Shown here: positions 14,902-25,354 of the stretch, in pieces
How positions within the stretch are numbered: the stretch's first letter is position 1
Layout: each line of letters opens with the position of its first letter
DNA from: Dictyostelium discoideum
Lineage: Eukaryota
Direction of reading: 5' to 3'
Length of the DNA stretch: 64,000 bases
Assembly: GCA_000004695.1 (NCBI GenBank)
Contig: CM000153.2
Span: 3,232,001 to 3,296,000, forward strand
The notes under the pieces: generated by a model
Database searches by the model: none
What the model was told of the DNA's origin: nothing
What the model saw: the letters and a program-made list of their open reading frames with translations, nothing else
Made by a program: the position numbers and the translations under genes

Positions 14902-16617
14902 TTAAAAACAATATAAAATAATTGAAATTAATAAAATGATAAGTTTAGATACAGATAAAATACTTGAAGAAGATGGATTTCCCAAGTCATCATCAGATGA
15001 TGATGATTCAGATGATGTATGATTTGATTTTGAATTAGATGATGATTCAACTGATGATGACGATGGTGATGATGATTCGGATGATACAGAATTACTATTT
15101 GAACCATTTGATGATTCTGAAGATTCTGATGATGTTGATGATGTTGATGATGTTGATGAAGATGTAGAATTACTACTTGAACCTGACGATGATGATGATG
15201 ATGACGATGATGAACTTGAACCAATTTCAGGTTCTTGGTAATCACTTGGACACATTAAAAATAAATCATTAAAACATGTTGAAACTTTAGCTTTTGGATC
15301 AATACAATCTCTTGAATAATTACAAAGTTGAGATTGACAATTAATTTGAGTTACATAATCTTTATAGGATGGAATAGAATTTTTTGATTTTGCACACAAT
15401 ACTAATTTATTTGAACTATCTTTACATTCTTGTGTTAATTTATAATAGGATTGACAAGAACCTTTTCCCTTAGAATTACATTTACATGATTGATAATCTG
15501 AATTACAAACTGGGTATTCATCTGATGGATCGCATGATTGATTTTCAACATAACTTTTACAACTATAACCATTTGCTCCATTTAAACACTAGTGATAAAT
15601 AAATTAATTTATTTGTAAAAAAAAAAATAAAAAAAAAAAATTAGTAAATTTTTATTAGTGTTTAGAAGGAAGAAAAATATAAAAAAAAAAAAAAAGTACT
15701 TACAGATAATCCTACATCACATGCTGCTTTGGTTGGTTCTATTGCTCCAGGGAAGCATGTTGCGTTTTCAGCACCAGAGAAAATTGGTGAACAAACTGAA
15801 TTAATACATGCTAAACCGGTTTGACATGAATCAGATGTAGAACATTGACTGTTTAATTGTAATCTATTGGTGCATACAGATGAAGATCCCATTGTCATTG
15901 TTATTGGTAATGTCATCGTCATTGGTAATGTCATTGTCATTGGTAATGTCATTGTTGATGGGCTAGTAGAGGTTGTACCAATAAAGGTTGTACTACAAAA
16001 TTGGTCTGGAGAACATTGAGAATTTGCTTTTGAGAAAAAAAAAAAAAAAAATTAGTATTATTAATCTCTAGAAATTTAATAATAAAAAAATAAAACAAAA
16101 AAAAAAAAAGGATAAACCATACTTTGGCATTGAGAACCTGGCATAACCATGCAAATATTTCCCGCACATAATGACATTAAACAATTTGAGTTCTGTTTAC
16201 ATTGTGACGAAGGATATTGGGTTCCAATAAATGGAAGACAAACATTTGATACACAAATATATCCATCTTGAGAACATGTATCTTCAGCCAAGGGAAGTGA
16301 TGAGTCACACTTTTCATATTCTTGGCAAGAACTTAAAGTTTGATTACAAACTAAACCAGCTGAACACTGCCCTGTACTTTTTATAATTATATTTATTTTT
16401 TTTATTTTTTTTTATTTTTAAAAATTTAAGATTAAAATACTTAGTTTTTTATTTTTATTTTTTATTTTTTTATTTTTATTTTTTTTTTATTTTTTTTTTT
16501 AAAGAATTCCTACCATGTTTGATTTAAAGTTGGGCATGAGAAAGTATTTTCACATGATTGTGATAGATATGGTAATAAAAATACAAAGAATACTAAAAGA
16601 AATAATTTAAATTTCAT
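14902..16617 (-). CDS. Secreted, probably GPI-anchored, Cys-rich and Ser-rich surface protein. Four exons: 16617..16514, 16375..16123, 16026..15704, 15588..14902.
   Basis: Exon 1 encodes MKFKLFLLVFFVFLLPYLSQS, a signal peptide, and ends at a GTAGGA donor. Exons 2-4 encode repeated C-x-C modules (CSAGLVCNQTLSSCQEYEKC.., CVSNVCLP.., CSTSDSCQTGLACINSVCSP..). They also encode a (TLPMTM)n repeat, a long Ser/Thr tract and a C-terminal hydrophobic tail LIILLISIILYCF* that is typical of a GPI signal. Donors are GTATGG and GTAAGT, acceptors are aaaag, caaaag and cactag, and all phases are consistent. Confidence 0.55.
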
Positions 16618-16720
16618 TATTTATATGTTTTGAGTGATTTCTTCTTTGTTTTTTATTTTTTTTTGAGCTAAAAATAAAAAAAAAAAAAAAAAAAAAACTT
16701 TGAAAAAAAAAAAAAAAAAT

Positions 16721-16820
16721 CAAGGAGATCGAGCTGATCAGTTTGCTTTTTTTTTTATCAATAATTTTATTTGAAAAATTGTAAATTTACAATTGTAGGG
16801 GATCGAGCTAATCAGTTTAT
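16721..16820. promoter_or_regulatory. Two copies, 74 bp apart, of a GC-containing motif GG(A/G)GATCGAGCT(G/A)ATCAGTTT. Its core is the palindrome CTGATCAG. It lies in the divergent promoter between the 16617(-) gene and the FKBP gene 17271(+).
   Basis: caaGGAGATCGAGCTGATCAGTTTGc at 16721-46 and gtagGGGATCGAGCTAATCAGTTTAt at 16795-820. These are the only GC-rich islands in an otherwise A/T homopolymer intergenic region. Confidence 0.4.
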
Positions 16821-17270
16821 TTTTTTTATTAATATTTTTTTTTTTAAAATTATTTTATTGTGAATTTTTTTTTTTTTTTTAAATTAAAATAATAATAATT
16901 TCAATAAATTAGAAAGAATAATAATAATTAATATTGAAAATTTAATTAGTAATTTTAGTTTACTTCAATCAATTAGAACTTCAAAAAAATTTATATAAAA
17001 AAAAAAAAGAAAATAAAAAAAAGAGTTTATCAAAAATAAAATAAATAAACAAAAAAAAAAAGTTTATCAAAATTAAAATAAATAAAAAAAAAATTTGTTT
17101 AGAAAAAAAAAAAAAAAAAAAGTCAGTCAAAAAAAAAAAAAAGTGACTCATGCTTAGGGCCAAAAAAAAAAAAGAAAAAATTCAAAAAATTCAAAAAAAA
17201 AAAAATCAAAAAAGATGAACTTTTTGAATTTTTTTTATTATTATTATTGTAAATAGTAACAACAATCACA

Positions 17271-17957
17271 ATGAATAAATTTTTAATTGCATTATTGGTA
17301 TTAGCCACATTAGCAGTTTCATTTTCACAAGAAATTGGTGTTTCAATTTTAAAAACTGATACACCAAAAGGTGAATGTAAAGGTAAAACTGCCTCAATTG
17401 GTGATTATATCAGTTTAAAATATGTTGGTAAATTCGAAGACGGAACTGTCTTTGACTCCTCTGAGATTCACGGAGGTTTCAGCTTTAACTTCACCATTGG
17501 AGAACGTAAGTTAGTTGTACAAAAAAGTAAAATATAAAAAATAAAAAAAAAAAGATATTGACACCAAAAATAAATAAATGAATAAATAAAAATTATAAAA
17601 TATATAGGTAAAGTTATTCCAGGTTTAGAGATTGGTACAATTAATATTTGTGAAGGTGAAAAACGTTCAATCAAGATTCCATATCAATTAGCATACGGTG
17701 AAAATGGTATTGAAAATGCAATTCCACCACGTACAGATATTTATTTTGATTTGGAGGTTGTTTCAATCGAAGGAGCACCAGCTCAACCATTTTATTATCA
17801 ATTAATTCCATCAGTTGGTACCATCATTGCTTTTTCAATGTTAGCTGGTTTCATAGTTTTAGTTAAATTCATCATTAAACGTTATCCAGATGAATCAAAT
17901 TCTAAAAAACCAGCCCCAGGTAAACCAAAGAAAACAAAAGCAGCAAAACAAAACTAA
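17271..17957 (+). CDS. FKBP-type peptidyl-prolyl cis-trans isomerase with an N-terminal signal peptide and a C-terminal TM anchor. Exons 17271..17505 and 17608..17957.
   Basis: MNKFLIALLVLATLAVSFS is a signal peptide. The FKBP core runs GDYISLKYVGKFEDGTVFDSS...GERKVIPGLEIGTINICEGEKRSIKIPYQLAYGENGIENAIPPRTDIYFDLEVVSIE. It is followed by a TM helix (IIAFSMLAGFIVLVKFII) and a basic tail. The intron has a AAC|GTAAGT donor and a tatatag acceptor, with phase 1 consistent. Confidence 0.85.
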
Positions 17958-18349
17958 AATAAATAAATAAATAAATAAAAAATACAACTATCAAGATAAT
18001 AAAATCAAATAATTTTTTCATTAATTTATTTATGAATATTTTTAAAAAGTTTAATTCTATAAATTATTGATTAATAAATTCTTTGCATTAATGCATTGAT
18101 CCTAATCTATCTGAATTATTATTATTATTATTATTATTATTTCCTACTCTCAAAATAAAAAAATAATTAGAAAAAAGAATGATAAATAATTAAATTCTAA
18201 AGAAAAAAAAAAAAAATTATGATGAAGTAAGTTAAAAAAATAAAAATATAAAATAAAATATAATAAAAAATAATAATTAATTAAATTTAAAAATAGATTA
18301 ATCAATAAATAAATAAATAAATGAACAAATAAATGAAAAACTTTGTTTT

Positions 18350-18500
18350 TTACACTGCCAACGCGCAAAATGACAACGTAACCCCTGTAAGCGGCTAATA
18401 GCCCTGTAAGACGAACAGACGGATTTTTGGGATATTTTGGAACACTGTTGTAAGGTTTACAGGGGTTATGTAGTCATTTAAATTGATCCACTAAGTTGGT
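18350..18500. other. GC-rich island of about 150 bp with a 12-bp inverted repeat, TAACCCCTGTAA at 18379-90 and TTACAGGGGTTA at 18457-68. It is a candidate structured ncRNA or mobile-element remnant at the duplication junction.
   Basis: A sharp compositional break from the flanks: acgcgcaaaatgacaacgtaacccctgtaagcggctaatagccctgtaagacgaacagacggatttttgggat.... It holds direct repeats of CCCTGTAAG. On the minus strand there is a TCCCAAAA motif that resembles the Dictyostelium DUSE element upstream of ncRNA genes. No ORF. Confidence 0.3.
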
Positions 18501-18599
18501 GCAGTGAAATTAAATGATAAGTGAGGAAATCAATTAATTCTGTTTGATAATAATAATAATAAAAATAATAATAATGAGTAAATAAATAAATGAATAAAT

Positions 18600-18916
18600 A
18601 AATAAATAAAAATTATAAAATATATAGGTAAATTAGAAGATGTAATTATCTTTGATTCGTCAGATTTACATGGCGCGGCTTTAATTTCACACGTACAGAT
18701 ATTTACTTTGATTTGGAAGTTGTTTCAATCGAAGGAGCACCAGCTCAATCATTTTATTTTCAATTAATTCCATCAGTTGGTACCATCATTGCTTTTTCAA
18801 TGTTAGCTGGTTTCATAGTTTTAGTTAAATTCATCATTAAACGTTATCCAGATGAATCAAATTCTAAAAAACCAGCCCCAGGTAAACCAAAGAAAACAAA
18901 ACTAAAACTAAAATAA
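18600..18916 (+). pseudogene. Truncated FKBP copy. A degenerate exon-1 fragment is fused directly to the 3' end of exon 2, so the isomerase domain is deleted.
   Basis: ggtaaattagaagatgtaattatctttgattcgtcagatttacatggcgcggctttaatttcacacgtacagatatttac aligns, with many substitutions, to ggtaaattcgaagacggaactgtctttgactcctctgagattcacggaggtttcagc of exon 1. It then joins ..gatatttactttgatttggaagttgtttcaatcgaaggagcaccagctcaa.., which is the TM tail. The residual ORF 18713..18916 encodes only the TM tail. Confidence 0.6.
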
Positions 18917-19051
18917 AACTAAAATAAATAAATAAATAAAAACACAATTATCGAGATAATAAAATCAAGTAATAATTTTTTCATTTATTTATGAATATTT
19001 TTAAAAAAGGTTAATTCTATAAATTATTGGTTATTTAATAAATTCTTTACA

Positions 19052-20050
19052 TTAATCCATTGATTCTAATCTATCTGAATTATTATTATTATTATTATTA
19101 TTATTATTTCCCAAGATCGGCCTAAATAAATTATCATTTTCATTATCATTATTGCTAATATTTATTGATTCACTTAAGTCATCAATTGAATTACTATTTA
19201 CAATACTATTTCCTCCATCGCTACTATTTATACTATTATTTATATTATTTATATTATTATTATTATTATCAATACTAATATTATCAATTATATTATTATT
19301 TATATTTTTATTTATTGGACTATTATCATTTATTCCAATACTAGTTGAACCACTACTGCCACCACTACCACTACCACTTGCAATATTATTATTATTATTA
19401 TTATTATTATTGGTATTGTTATTATTATTATTACCACTTGATAAAATTTGATAAGAATTTGAATTTTGAAATAAATTATGAACTATTGGTAATAATCTTG
19501 TACCACTAATTGAAATTGATAATAGGGAGAAGAAAACAAAGATTATCCAAAATACGCTTAACCAATTTGGTAAATAACTTAGATGATGTAAATTTAAGAG
19601 GAATCCAACTGTTGATTTCTCCATACCAATTGCATTTCTACAGAATCTATAGATTCCACCTGTCAATGCCATGAACAATAATAAGAAGAAAATAACCGAT
19701 CCATAACGATGATGATATTCACGCATTGATTGTGGTATCCATCTACTACGACTTGTTAATTTACCAGTTCTACTACCAAATAGTGGATTGTAAATCATTG
19801 AATATCCAAATACAACCAATGCTACACATAGAATCATCAATAGAAATGTATATACAACTTCACTATTTTCAAATAACCATGACATTTGATGAATCTTCAT
19901 TAAAAATGATACCTTTTCTTTTGGAATTCCAAATCCATCTCTTAATATTTTATATAGTAATCCTGTTATCATTGTTGTCATCAATGGTAATATTATTGTA
20001 TACGCTATATACCTATGAAGTATCCTTTTATTCCAATACATTCTACCCAT
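19052..20050 (-). CDS. Multi-pass (about 4 TM) membrane protein with an Asn/Ser-rich C-terminal tail. Hypothetical.
   Basis: A single ORF from ATG 20050. It has four strongly hydrophobic segments (YTIILPLMTTMITGLLY, VVYTFLLMILCVALVVFGY, VIFFLLLFMALTGGIY, VFWIIFVFFSLLSISI), followed by a poly-N/S tail from (AAT)n. Its 3' end lies in duplication unit B. Confidence 0.55.
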   Translation of the reverse strand: MGRMYWNKRILHRYIAYTIILPLMTTMITGLLYKILRDGFGIPKEKVSFLMKIHQMSWLFENSEVVYTFLLMILCVALVVFGYSMIYNPLFGSRTGKLTSRSRWIPQSMREYHHRYGSVIFFLLLFMALTGGIYRFCRNAIGMEKSTVGFLLNLHHLSYLPNWLSVFWIIFVFFSLLSISISGTRLLPIVHNLFQNSNSYQILSSGNNNNNNTNNNNNNNNNIASGSGSGGSSGSTSIGINDNSPINKNINNNIIDNISIDNNNNNINNINNSINSSDGGNSIVNSNSIDDLSESINISNNDNENDNLFRPILGNNNNNNNNNNSDRLESMD

Positions 20051-20893
20051 TTCTCTTTTATCTATTTACAATTATTTATTATTTATTATTATTTATTATT
20101 ATTATTATTATTATTTTTTTTTTTTTTTGTTTTTCTAAAAAAAAAAAAAAAAAAAATTTATTATTTAATTTTTATTTTTGTTTTATAATAGTAATTATTA
20201 TATGTTTAATAATTATTATTATTTATGTGTAATTTTTTTTTTTTTTTGATTTAATATGAAAATAATTTTAACTTTTATTTGAAAAATTAAGATCAAATGC
20301 AAATAAACAAAAAAACAAAAAAACAAAAAAAAAAAAAAAAAAAAAATTTGAGAAAAAAAAAAATATGAAAATAAAAAAAAATTAAAAATAAAAATAAATT
20401 AAAATATGAAAATTAAAAAAAATTAAAATTAAAATTTAAATTGGTAATGGTATAAAAAACCCAAATATTTAAAAAAAAATAAAAAAAAAAATAAAAAAAA
20501 TAAAAAAAAAAAAAAAAAAGTTATTATTAGGGGGATTGGATAATATTAAATCTGAATTCTAGATTCTGTTATTATTACAATTAAATTTCTTGAAAATTAA
20601 AAGATTTAATTTCATTAAAATATAATATTATTTAGTTATATTAAATTTATTTGATAAAAAAAATAATTTGTTTAATTCTTTATTTTTATATTTTTAAAAA
20701 ATTAAATTATTTTTTTTTTTTTTTTTTAATCCAAATGTTTTTCAAAATCCAACCCAAATTAAGGATTTTGAATTTTTTTTTTTTCATGAATCCACCACTT
20801 ACTTTCATTGAATCTATTGTTTTTTATTTTTATTTTTTTTTATTTTTTTTTTAAATTTTTTTTCAAGTTTTTTCATTTTTTTTTTAAAAATAA

Positions 20894-20939
<46 letters not shown>

Positions 20940-21004
20940 CATACATTTCACAAAGAGTTATCAAACTAAATTAGATAATTCTAATTGATAAAACAAAAAA
21001 AAAA

Positions 21005-21813
21005 ATGGGTTTAGGTAAAACAGAATGGGAGGATATTCAAATTAAATATGGTAATATGGAAGCGCCACCAAAACAATTAACAGAGGATGAATTATTTGAT
21101 TTAATTAAAGAGGCTGCAGAAATGGCTACAGAAGCAGAAAAGAATGAAAAATTAGAGAATGCATCATTAAAAGATCTTAAGGATATGGAAGATGATGAGG
21201 ATGAAGATGTACTTGAACAATTAAGAAAGAAGAGAATTCAACAAATGAAAGTTGAAGCAGAATTAAATAAATTTGGTGAATTAAAAGAAATCTCTGAACC
21301 ATCTTATAAATCTGAAGTAACTGAATGTAAAGGTGTAATGGTTGTAGTTCATCTTTTTAAAAATGGGTATGATTTAATCATATTATATATATTTAAAACG
21401 TATTTAAAATATATGTATATATCTAACTATAACTATTTTTATAATTATAATATTATTAAGTATTCCTCAATGTCAATTAGTAAATCAACATTTAACAATA
21501 TTAGCAAAGAAATTTAAAGCAACTAAATTTGTAAAGATTAGATCAGAGGAAGCAATTCATAATTATCCAGATAAGAATTTACCAACAATTTTAGTTTATT
21601 TCAATGGTGATATCGTTGGTCAAATCATTACATTAAGAGCAACAGGTGGTGATGCTACAACTGTAAATGATATTGAATGGCAACTTAAACAAGCTCATGC
21701 AATTAAAAGTGATCTTCAAGAAGATCCAAGAATTACTCTTGCAAGAAAGAAATCTCAAAAATCACGTTATTCAAAAGCAGATTCCGATGAATCTGATAAT
21801 TCTGATTCTGATG

Positions 21814-21818
<5 letters not shown>
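21005..21818 (+). CDS. phlp2: Phosducin-like protein, PDCL3/VIAF (PhLP2) type, with a thioredoxin fold. Exons 21005..21366 and 21461..21818.
   Basis: The N-terminus MGLGKTEWEDIQIKYG is followed by an acidic region. The end of exon 1 and start of exon 2 read ..ECKGVMVVVHLFKNG|IPQCQLVNQHLTILAKKFKATKFVKI..NYPDKNLPTILVYFNGDIVGQII..DIEWQL. This is collinear with human PDCL3 (..[50 protein letters not shown]..). The intron has a GG|GTATGA donor and a ttattaag acceptor, with phase 2 consistent. The C-terminus is ..SDESDNSDSDD*. Confidence 0.8.
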
Positions 21819-21845
<27 letters not shown>

Positions 21846-22593
21846 AATAATAATAATAATAATATTTTTATGCAAAGATATCTATGTATAAATAATAAAA
21901 GTCTCAATTGTAAATAAAATAATAAAATAATAAATAATTTATAGACGCAAATAAACATACCAATTTGGTTGTAAAACTAATTTACAAAATTCATAAAAAT
22001 TTTTATTTTTATTTTTCTATTTTATTTATATTTTTTTAAATTTGACCACAAATATAATTATTAAAGTAATAATTATAATAATAAAAAAAAATCTGTAAAA
22101 AATGATTTGAAAAAAAAAAAAAAAAAAAAAAAAAAATATTGGTTAGTAATTAATAATAATCTACTAGAATAATTCAAATAAATATAAAAAAAAAAAAAAA
22201 AATACTTACCAATATTATTTTTTATTTTTAAAAAATAAAAAATGGAACAAATGAAATTATTTGGCAAAAACTAGTTAACATAAGTAGACTCATTGCTACA
22301 ATTGTTAAAATTAAAAAGGTAAACATTCTTTTATTTATTTTGAAACTTTTTTTTTTTTTTTTTATAATTGGTTTGAATGAAAAATTAAATTATCATTTTC
22401 TTTTAAATAATAGTGAAGTGTAAATAATAGCTAAAATTAAATTATTAACAAAAAAAAAAAAAATTTAAAATAACTTTTTCTTATTTACTTTAAAAGGAAA
22501 TAAAATAGACCAATTACCAATTTAAATTTTAAATTTCAAACTATTAATTATATTGTTTAAACTGTTATTTTCTTTATTTTTTATTTTTTATTA

Positions 22594-22630
<37 letters not shown>

Positions 22631-22810
22631 TAATTAAACAATTGCATAATAAAATATAAGAATTGTTTTTTTAAAAAAACTTTGGAAAATATATCTGTTA
22701 ATATTTATCTTATATTTTAATTTTTTTTATTATTTTTTTTTTTTTTCTTTTTTTTTTTTTTTCTTTTTTTTTTTTTATTTTATAATAAAAAAATAATAAT
22801 ATTCCAAATA

Positions 22811-22895
22811 GAACTAGTGAATAATATTCCACACTTAAGAATATCTGAAAATTAAAATTTACCATTCAAGTGTGGAATGTGAACCCCACTAGTTA
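22811..22895. promoter_or_regulatory. Nested imperfect palindrome of about 85 bp. Outer arms AACTAGTG/CACTAGTT, inner arms ATTCCACACTTAAG/CTTGAAGTGTGGAAT-like. It lies 150-230 bp upstream of the peroxiredoxin gene start.
   Basis: gAACTAGTGaataatATTCCACACTTaagaatatctgaaaattaaaatttaccattcAAGTGTGGAATgtgaaccCCACTAGTTac is a unique GC-containing dyad inside a T/A homopolymer promoter. Confidence 0.4.
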
Positions 22896-23041
22896 CATTT
22901 TACTTTTTAAATTTTTTTTTTTTTTTTTATTTTTTTTTAATTTTTTTATTTTTTTTTTTTTTTTTCATTTTGATCTTTCATTTTTTTTTTTTTTTTTTTT
23001 TAAATTAATTAAAAAATTTTTTTGGTAATAAAATATAGAAA

Positions 23042-23529
23042 ATGTCAGGTATGTAATTGAAATTGTATTACTATTTTAGAATTTTTAAATAAACAGATAA
23101 AAAAATAAAAAATAAAAAATAAAAAAATAAAAAATAAAAAATAAATAAATAAAAATAAAATAAATAAATAATTATAATAATTTTTATAAGATGAAAAAAA
23201 AAAAAAAAAAATTATAATTGTTTCTGAAAGTAATAAAATTCAACAAATATATGGTCACCTTATTAATAATAAAAAAAAAAAAAAAAAAAAAATAAACATA
23301 TAATATATAATGTATCATTGCACTAATCATTTTTCAGGTGCTTTAAAAAATTTAGTTAAATCAGTTATTAAAGTTGGTGAAAAAGTTCCAATGGATGTTA
23401 CTTTAGGTAAAGCACTCCCACCAGTCGATGGTGTTTGTGCAATGGCACCAAAAGTTTTATCAGGTGAACTTTTCAAAGACCGTAAAGTTGTTTTATTCGC
23501 TGTTCCAGGTGCTTTTGTAAGTATTTTTT

Positions 23530-23600
<71 letters not shown>

Positions 23601-24116
23601 TTTTTCCAACTAATAATTTATTCCTTTTTCCATATATTATCGATTCTAATATTATTAGACTCCAACTTGTTCAGCCAAACATTTACCAGGTTTTATTGAA
23701 AAATCAGAAGAAATTAAAAAAAAAGGTATCTCTGAAATCTTTTGTATTGCCACCAGTATGTATTTCATTTTTTTTTTAATAAGAAAATTAATAATATTAA
23801 AAAAAAAAAAAAACCTTTACTAATAATAATAATTATAAAAAAAAAAAAAAAAAAAAAAATAGATGACCCATTTGTTATGAGTGCTTGGGGTAAAGACGTT
23901 AATGCAGGTACTGCAGTTACTTTACTTTCAGATGGTAACTCTGAATTCACTAAAAAGATTGGACTTGAAATGGATGGTAAGGCTTTCTTACTTGGTGAAG
24001 ACAGATCTCAAAGATATGCTATGATCCTTGACTCTGGTGTTGTCAAACATCTTGCAGTTGAAGAAGGTGGTAAATTTGATGTATCATCTGCTGAAGCAAT
24101 CTTAAAACAATTATAA
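23042..24116 (+). CDS. prdx5: Peroxiredoxin-5-like atypical 2-Cys peroxiredoxin. Exons 23042..23048, 23338..23516, 23659..23755, 23863..24116.
   Basis: The spliced product is MS|GALKNLVKSVIKVGEKVP..ELFKDRKVVLFAVPGAF|TPTCSAKHLPGFIEKSEEIKKKGISEIFCIAT|NDPFVMSAWGKD..VSSAEAILKQL*. It is collinear with human PRDX5 ([46 protein letters not shown]). Donors are GTATGT, GTAAGT and GTATGT. Acceptors are ttttcag, attattag and aaaatag. All phases are consistent. Confidence 0.8.
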
Positions 24117-24331
24117 ACATAAAATCAATCTATAAATAATCAAAAAAGAAAAAAAATAAAAAAATAAAAAATATAAAATTTTAGAAAAAAGTAAATGACT
24201 AACCGCAAATGAAAATTGGATATTTTTTAATGTGAAAAAAAAAAAAGTTTTAATGTTTTTATTTTTTTTTTTTTTATTTTTTCTTTTTTTTTCTTTTTTT
24301 TAATTACTCAACTAAATACATATAAAAAGAA

Positions 24332-25228
24332 ATGAATAATAAAAATTTATTATTAATTATTGTTTTAATAACATTATTAAATTTTGTTAAATCAAGTGAT
24401 TTATCATATAAAAAAGTTCATTTAGTTGATTCAATTGAATTGGCCAATGGTAATACTAATTACTTTTTTAGAGGTAATCAACCAACACAAACATTATCAA
24501 ATGGAACTAAGATTTTCCCATATGATGAATTGGTAGAATTTTTAAGAAATAGTTCATTATCAGAGTTTGGTGTTAAATTACCAGAACAATTTTATATTAT
24601 CGATATTAAATTAATCAGTGGTCCATTACCAAGTGAATTACCAGATTTAGAATTGGAACAAAACTTTTTTGCAGCAAATCCAACACTTGGTGAATCTCGT
24701 ACAAATCAAACTTGGGGTGATATAATTGATCCACAGTTAGTTCCTCAAGATAAATTGGAAGAATATGCATCAACCATTTCAAGTTGGTCTGCTGATAAAT
24801 TACCACAAAGAATGAGAGATTATCATAATATTCTTTTAACTGAACGTGAACTTCCAACTGTTTTATATGTTCATTGGTAAAATATATTTTAATTTTATTA
24901 CTTTTTTCAATATTACTTTTAGTAAATATGTATATTTGTATATATAAAAACTAAACTAATATTTATGTTTAATAATAATAATAATAGTGAATGTGGATGT
25001 GATAGAACAGGTGAAGTTATGGCTTCATATGTTATGAAATTTAAAGGATGGGATTTACCAAAAGCATTAGAATGGGATTTTGCAATTGCTGGTAGAGATA
25101 TTAATTTTTCAAATCGTTGGAGTGCCCAATGGTATTGTTTATACCTTAATTATGTTGAAAACTATAAACTTGATTGTAACCAACCAACTCCACCACCAAA
25201 ATCTTTGATTTCAATTAATAACTATTAA
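24332..25228 (+). CDS. Protein-tyrosine-phosphatase-like protein (HCxxGxDRTG, Y_phosphatase3-type motif) with an N-terminal signal peptide. Exons 24332..24876 and 24988..25228.
   Basis: MNNKNLLLIIVLITLLNFVKSS is a signal peptide. Exon 1 ends at ..VLYVH with TG|GTAAAA. The acceptor aataatag restores C, giving ..YVHCECGCDRTGEVMASYVMKFKGWDLPKALEWDF.., which is the PTP-loop HCxxGxDRTG. Phase 2 is consistent. The intron contains (AAT)n. Confidence 0.6.
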
Positions 25229-25354
25229 TTATAATAAATCTTTTTTTTAAAAAAAAAAAAACTAGTATTATGTATAAAAAGAAAAAAAAAAAAAGAAAAA
25301 AAATACTAGTATTATTGTTATAATTTATTTATTATTTATTTATTTATATATTAC

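Larger units (their letters stand above)
17560..19110. repeat. Segmental tandem duplication. Unit A is about 17560-18150 and unit B about 18560-19110. Each carries the FKBP exon 2/3'UTR plus the 3' end of the convergent membrane-protein gene.
   Basis: There is long near-identity between 17590-18150 and 18590-19110. It covers aaattataaaatatataggtaaa.., the TM-tail coding sequence ..ccagatgaatcaaattctaaaaaaccagccccaggtaaaccaaag.., the 3'UTR, and ..ttaataaattcttt(g/a)cattaat(g/c)cattgat(c/t)ctaatctatctgaatt(att)n. Copy A ends in a degenerate ..SDRLGSMH* remnant of the 19052..20050 gene. Confidence 0.8.

Noticed and set aside
18350-18500. Possible tRNA gene in the GC island
   Set aside because: There are no A-box/B-box or GGTTCGA(A/T)TCC T-loop sequences and no cloverleaf could be drawn. 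It is kept only as a generic ncRNA/TE candidate.
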